DNA of 12,339 nucleotides from Paecilomyces variotii (Eukaryota): NCBI GenBank assembly GCA_004022145.1, contig RCNU01000056.1; one strand, 5' to 3'. A program made the translations under genes and the position numbers. Below, piece after piece: positions 8,085 to 12,339 of this stretch; the first letter of the stretch is position 1; each line of letters begins with the position of its first letter. The notes beneath the pieces are model-generated. The model saw nothing but the letters and a program-made list of their open reading frames with translations, was not told where the DNA came from and did not search any database.

Positions 8085-11000
8085 CCTTTTGCGATAAAGG
8101 GTCTAAGCTAAAAAAAGAATCTTTATATACCCTAGTGCAACTGCACCTTCTTAACAGCATATTTAAAGATAAGGCCTTTATTAATTCTAGATCAGCCCGC
8201 TGCTATATTAGCCTAGATATAGCTATATATTATAAAATTCTTTTAAACTTCTAGCAGTATATAAACTTTAAATCTATTAATAGGCATAAAATTTAAAAAT
8301 ATAAATTATTTAAAGCAAAGATCTATATTACTAACTCTAAAGAGATAATAGAGAAGGTAAAAATATACTTTTATATTATCCTAATACTTAAATTAAATAT
8401 TATCCTTAAGAAACTATAACTATATACTGTAAATCCCATTATAGATTAAGAGTTAATAATTTAGAGATATTATATTCTATATTAGCTATAGATAAAGATT
8501 AAAAGCACTTAATAATTCTCTAAGATAGTAAAAGAAGAGATAATTTATATACTCTATAGGGACTAAATTAACCCTATTACTCTTAAAAACCTACCTCTAA
8601 AATATAAGAAGTATGCTAAGGTCTTCTTAAAAAAGGGTGCAAGCATATTGCCTACTAAGATAGGTAAATATAAGATTAAACTCCTAGATAGTAAGGCGCC
8701 TCTATAAGATAAACTTTATAACCTCTCTACTAAAAAATTAGATATTCTATATAAATATCTTAAAAATATATAATAAAAGGGTTAGATATAATTATTAATT
8801 AGTCCCACAGGGGTATCTGTTCTATTTATTCTAAAGATAAATAGTATACTAAGGCTCTATATTAACTACAGAGCTTTAAACAGCATTACTATAAAAAATA
8901 AATATCCTTTACTTAGGGTAGATAAAATGCTTAACTAATTAATTGGCTCTAAGATCTTTACTAAGCTTAATCTTAGGGATACCTATTATTAGATTTAAAT
9001 CTGCTAAGGAGATAAATAGAAGATAGCCTTCTAAACCTATTATAGACACTTTAAATATTTAATAATATTATTTAGCCTATATAATACACCTGCTACTTTT
9101 TAAGCCTATATTAATTAGGTATTATAGGGGTTATTAGACATCTATTGCATTATATATTTAGATAATATCTTAATCTTCTCTAACTTTATTAAGGAGTATA
9201 AGAGATATATAGCGCAGGTTCTAGAAAGGCTATAAAAGCATAAATTATATATAAAATTATCTAAATATAAATTCTACAAGGAGAGAATTAAATTCCTTAG
9301 TTTTCTTATAGGAAAAGATAAAATAAAAATAAATCCTAGCAGAATAAAAACTATTAGAGACTGGCTAAAGCCTAAATCCTTTAAAGAAGTCTAAATCTTC
9401 CTAAAATTCACCAGCTTCTTCAAAAGATTTATCTATAACTACTCTATAAAAACAGCTCCCCTAACTAATCTACTAAAAGGAAGCATCCGGGAGAAAAAAA
9501 CTAAAATATTTATCTAGACTAAAAAAGCCATAAAGGTATTTAATAAGCTAAAATTAGCTTTTATAACTCCGCTAATACTAAGGCACTTTAATCTAAAAAA
9601 GCTAATAATACTAACAACTAATACCTCAAGATTTATTCTTACTACTATACTCCTTTAGGGAGATAATAATAAGACAGCTCTAAGCGCTAAGTTAGAAATA
9701 AATTTAAAAATTAAAACCTAAACAGACTAATAAACTACATCTAAGAACTAGCACCTTATAACATATTATGCCCAGAAGTTTACTAAAATAGAGGTATACT
9801 ATAAGGTTTACAACTAAGAACTCCTGGCTATTATTAATACTTTTAAATATTAGCATTACTACCTAGAAGGTAATAAACACCCTATATAAGTACAAAATAA
9901 TTACGCGAACTTATACTATTTCTTCACTATAAAGATATTAAATAATAAATAAGCTCGGTGGGCAAAACTATTAGTAGCATATAACTTTTAAATTAAATAT
10001 AAGCCAGGACAGCTTAATACTACAGATACCCTATTTAAAAGGGCAGATTTTAAACTATCTAAATCTAAATCCTAGATAGGATTACTTCTAACCCTCTAGA
10101 AAAAGCTTTAGTATAAAGCTTAAAATAAGCATATATAAAAAAGCAGTCTAGAGTATAAACCTATTAAAGCGGGTAGTACAGGTAATCTAAAATACCTAGT
10201 ATAAAAAATACTAGTTATTAAGGTAACTAGGAAAGAGTTTATTTAGGATATTATAACTCCTAGCCTACTCTTTATATTAAAGCAGCTTTAAGCAAAGGAC
10301 GCCTTTATCTTAGAGAAAACTAAAGAATTAAAAGTATATATTCCTAAAGACGGCTCAGAGATAGTATAAAAAATAGATAATAAAGGACTACTATAGAAGG
10401 GTAGTACTATATTTATACTAGATACACCCGCTATAAAGCAAGAGCTTCTTTAAATATATTATAATAACCTTTATACAGAGTATTAAGGTGTTAAGAAGAC
10501 TAAAGAGCTACTTTAAAGAAGATTTAACTAGCCTAAAATAGCACAGGACATATAAAAATATATATCTATATATAATATCTGCTAGAGAAACTAAACTCTA
10601 TAACATAGGCTATATAGAAAGCTAAAGTCTCTACTAATCCTAGCATAGCTATAGCAGAGTATCTTAATAAATTTTATAATAGGACTGCTGCTATTAGAGA
10701 AATAAGGAATTACCTATAATTTAATATTAGTAATTATAGACCGCTACTTAAAAATAGCGCTTTATATCCTTACTTATAAAACATTAAAGGCGGATAAAAT
10801 GGCTGACCTTATTATAGATTATATCTATAACTGCTTTAAACCTCTATAATCAATTATATTAGATAGGGGGGCGCTATTTACTAATAAATACTAGATAGAA
10901 CTTTACCGCCATATTTAAATTACTAAACTTCTAAATACTGCATTCTACCCCTAGACTAATAGCTAAATTAAAAGGCAAAATTAAATACTAGAGTATTACC

Positions 11001-11776
11001 TCTGGGTCTACTTAAACTATAAACAAGATAATTAGGTACTCTTATTAACTACAGCAGAGTTTATATACAATAATTTAATCTATACCTCTATAGGTATAAC
11101 TCCCTTCTACATTATCTATAGATTTAACCTTAAAAATTAGGATAAATATAACTCTAAAAAGCAAATAGATATACTAACAGTTAATAATTAATTAAAGAAA
11201 CTTACTAAAATACACGCCTAATTAGAAGAATCTCTCTAAAAGGCTATTGCTGCGCAATAAAAGCATTATAATAAGAAATATAAGCCTAGATCCTATATAG
11301 TAGGAGACCGAGTCTGCCTTTTAATAAAGAACTTAAAGATAGATTAATTAATTAAGAAACTAGACATAAAATACTTAAGACCTTATAAAGTCATAGAAAA
11401 AATTAGAACTTAAGCCTATTAGCTTAAGCTCCTAAAGAGCCTAGGCAGAATATACTTAATCTTCTATATCTCTCTATTAGAGCCCTACTATCAGAGACTA
11501 AGGGCTGAACCTAAATATTTAAACCTAATCTTAGTGGATAATAAACTAGAATAGAAGATTAAAGCCATTCTAGATAAATAAACAATACAGGGGAAGAAGT
11601 AATATTTAATTAAATAGAAGGGCTATCTAGATTATAAAAATTTATAGCAGCCTGAGAAGGATCTTAAGCATGCCTAAAATATACTAGCTAAATTTAAGGC
11701 GATAGTGCGAGCTATTAATAAAACCTCTCTAAGAAGAGCTCTAAAAAGCTTTAAAAAAAGGAGTTAATAAAACTAG
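8063..11776 (+). pseudogene. pol: Element B pol (PR-RT-RNase H-IN-chromodomain), frame +2 throughout
   Basis: PR KA(L)I(D)S(G)S at 8171. RT SP.G.PVLFVPK.DG.LRLCVDYRALN, KTAFRT.YGHFEY.VMPFGL.NAPATFQ, and YLD(D) at 9155-9166. RH TDAS at 9617, ELLAI, QARWA. IN HHCC 10460-10582 and D10670, D10862, E10970 (D-x35-E). GPY module ~11370. Original stop lies between 11765 and 11779. Confidence 0.95.
11549..11697 (+). other. Chromodomain at the C-terminus of element B integrase
   Basis: De-RIPed EWE(V)EAILDKR...GKKQYLIKWKGYPDYENSWQPEEDLEHAQ..LAEF. AILD, YLIK, KGY and QPE read unchanged. Confidence 0.9.
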
Positions 11777-11984
11777 TAAAATTTCCCTTTTTTCCTATTA
11801 GATTTACAGGTTTTACTTAATTATTTTATTATTAAATTTATATTACTCTTTCTCTATTTATCTATCTATAAAGGTTTAGGAGTTTTAATAAGGATATAAG
11901 AAGCTAGTCTATCTAAAAATAAATTTATTTTAACTGGGCTATCCTCAGCAGGAACTAAAAATATAGGCCTAAGATTAATCTCTC

Positions 11985-12338
11985 TTACTTATTTACTTTA
12001 CTATTATAAAACCCTATTAGCACAAATTTATTCTCCTCTTTATTAGAGAAAGAAGGAATATTATAAGCAATATATATAATTTCTTACATATACCGCAGAT
12101 TTAATACTATTAAATAGAGTAATCTAAATAACTCCTACTGGAGCTATATTATAAACTACTTATATAAAGATAGGATTAATAAGATAGTAGATATAAGCTT
12201 ATCTATATCTGCTTTAGTAGGCGCTTTGCGCAGGTATATCTCTATAGAGGATTTATACTTACTATAGGCCTCCTTAAAAGACCTATAATTACCTAAAAGG
12301 TAGGCCTTTTAGCTAAAGCTCTATAGACAAATAAGCTT
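11985..12338 (-). pseudogene. C-terminal part of a probable antisense accessory ORF in the 3' region of element B
   Basis: Minus-strand frame from 12338 gives 117 codons with 6 internal TAA/TAG stops and one 50-codon open run (KAYLLGNYRSFKEAYSKYKSSIEIYLRKAPTKADIDKL...). It ends in an acidic tail (de-RIPed DIPSFSDEEENEFVP.GF.DGEVDE) and TAA at 11987-11985. Confidence 0.6.
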
Positions 12339-12339
12339 A

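Larger units (their letters stand above)
1..12339. other. RIP-degenerated AT-rich repeat block (fungal heterochromatin / AT isochore)
   Basis: By eye, TpA is very frequent and CpA/TpG are nearly absent, most strongly in 1-6500. Conserved retroelement motifs differ from consensus by transitions (YLDD->YLDN, DSG->DSR/NSR, TGG->TAG, CAT/TGT->TAT). Indices were not computed. Confidence 0.95.
6564..12339 (+). mobile_element. Element B: Ty3/Gypsy chromovirus (MAGGY/Pyret-like) relic; 3' LTR lies beyond the window
   Basis: Begins TGTTATG with an abrupt rise in GC, followed by gag and PR-RT-RH-IN-chromodomain in order. Confidence 0.93.

Noticed and set aside
1-12339. AT-rich organelle, endosymbiont or ciliate-code (TAA/TAG = Gln) genes
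   Set aside because: Stops replace Trp and Arg as well as Gln, and catalytic Asp, Gly, His and Cys codons are also hit by transitions. This is RIP, not an alternative genetic code.

Overview
Extremely AT-rich fungal (Pezizomycotina-type) repeat DNA destroyed by repeat-induced point mutation (RIP): TpA is abundant, CpA/TpG are scarce, and the stop codons I read are TAA/TAG, revertible to Gln/Arg/Trp. No intact gene is present. Reading through the RIP damage by hand shows two nested Ty3/Gypsy LTR retrotransposons on the + strand. Element A (1-6563, 5' part outside the window) is a non-chromoviral Ylt1-like element: gag tail and protease, a probable -1 frameshift, RT-RNaseH-integrase, then an unexpected third sense-strand reading frame of at least 515 codons (5019-6563). 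Element B (6564 to beyond 12339) is a MAGGY/Pyret-like chromovirus inserted into that third ORF. It has a 5' LTR starting TGTTATG, gag, a -1 slippery site, an indel-free pol ending in a chromodomain, and the C-terminal part of a probable antisense ORF downstream of pol. The two accessory ORFs are the most interesting features. All protein sequences quoted as 'de-RIPed' are my manual reconstructions (reverting T->C or A->G) and are not database-verified.
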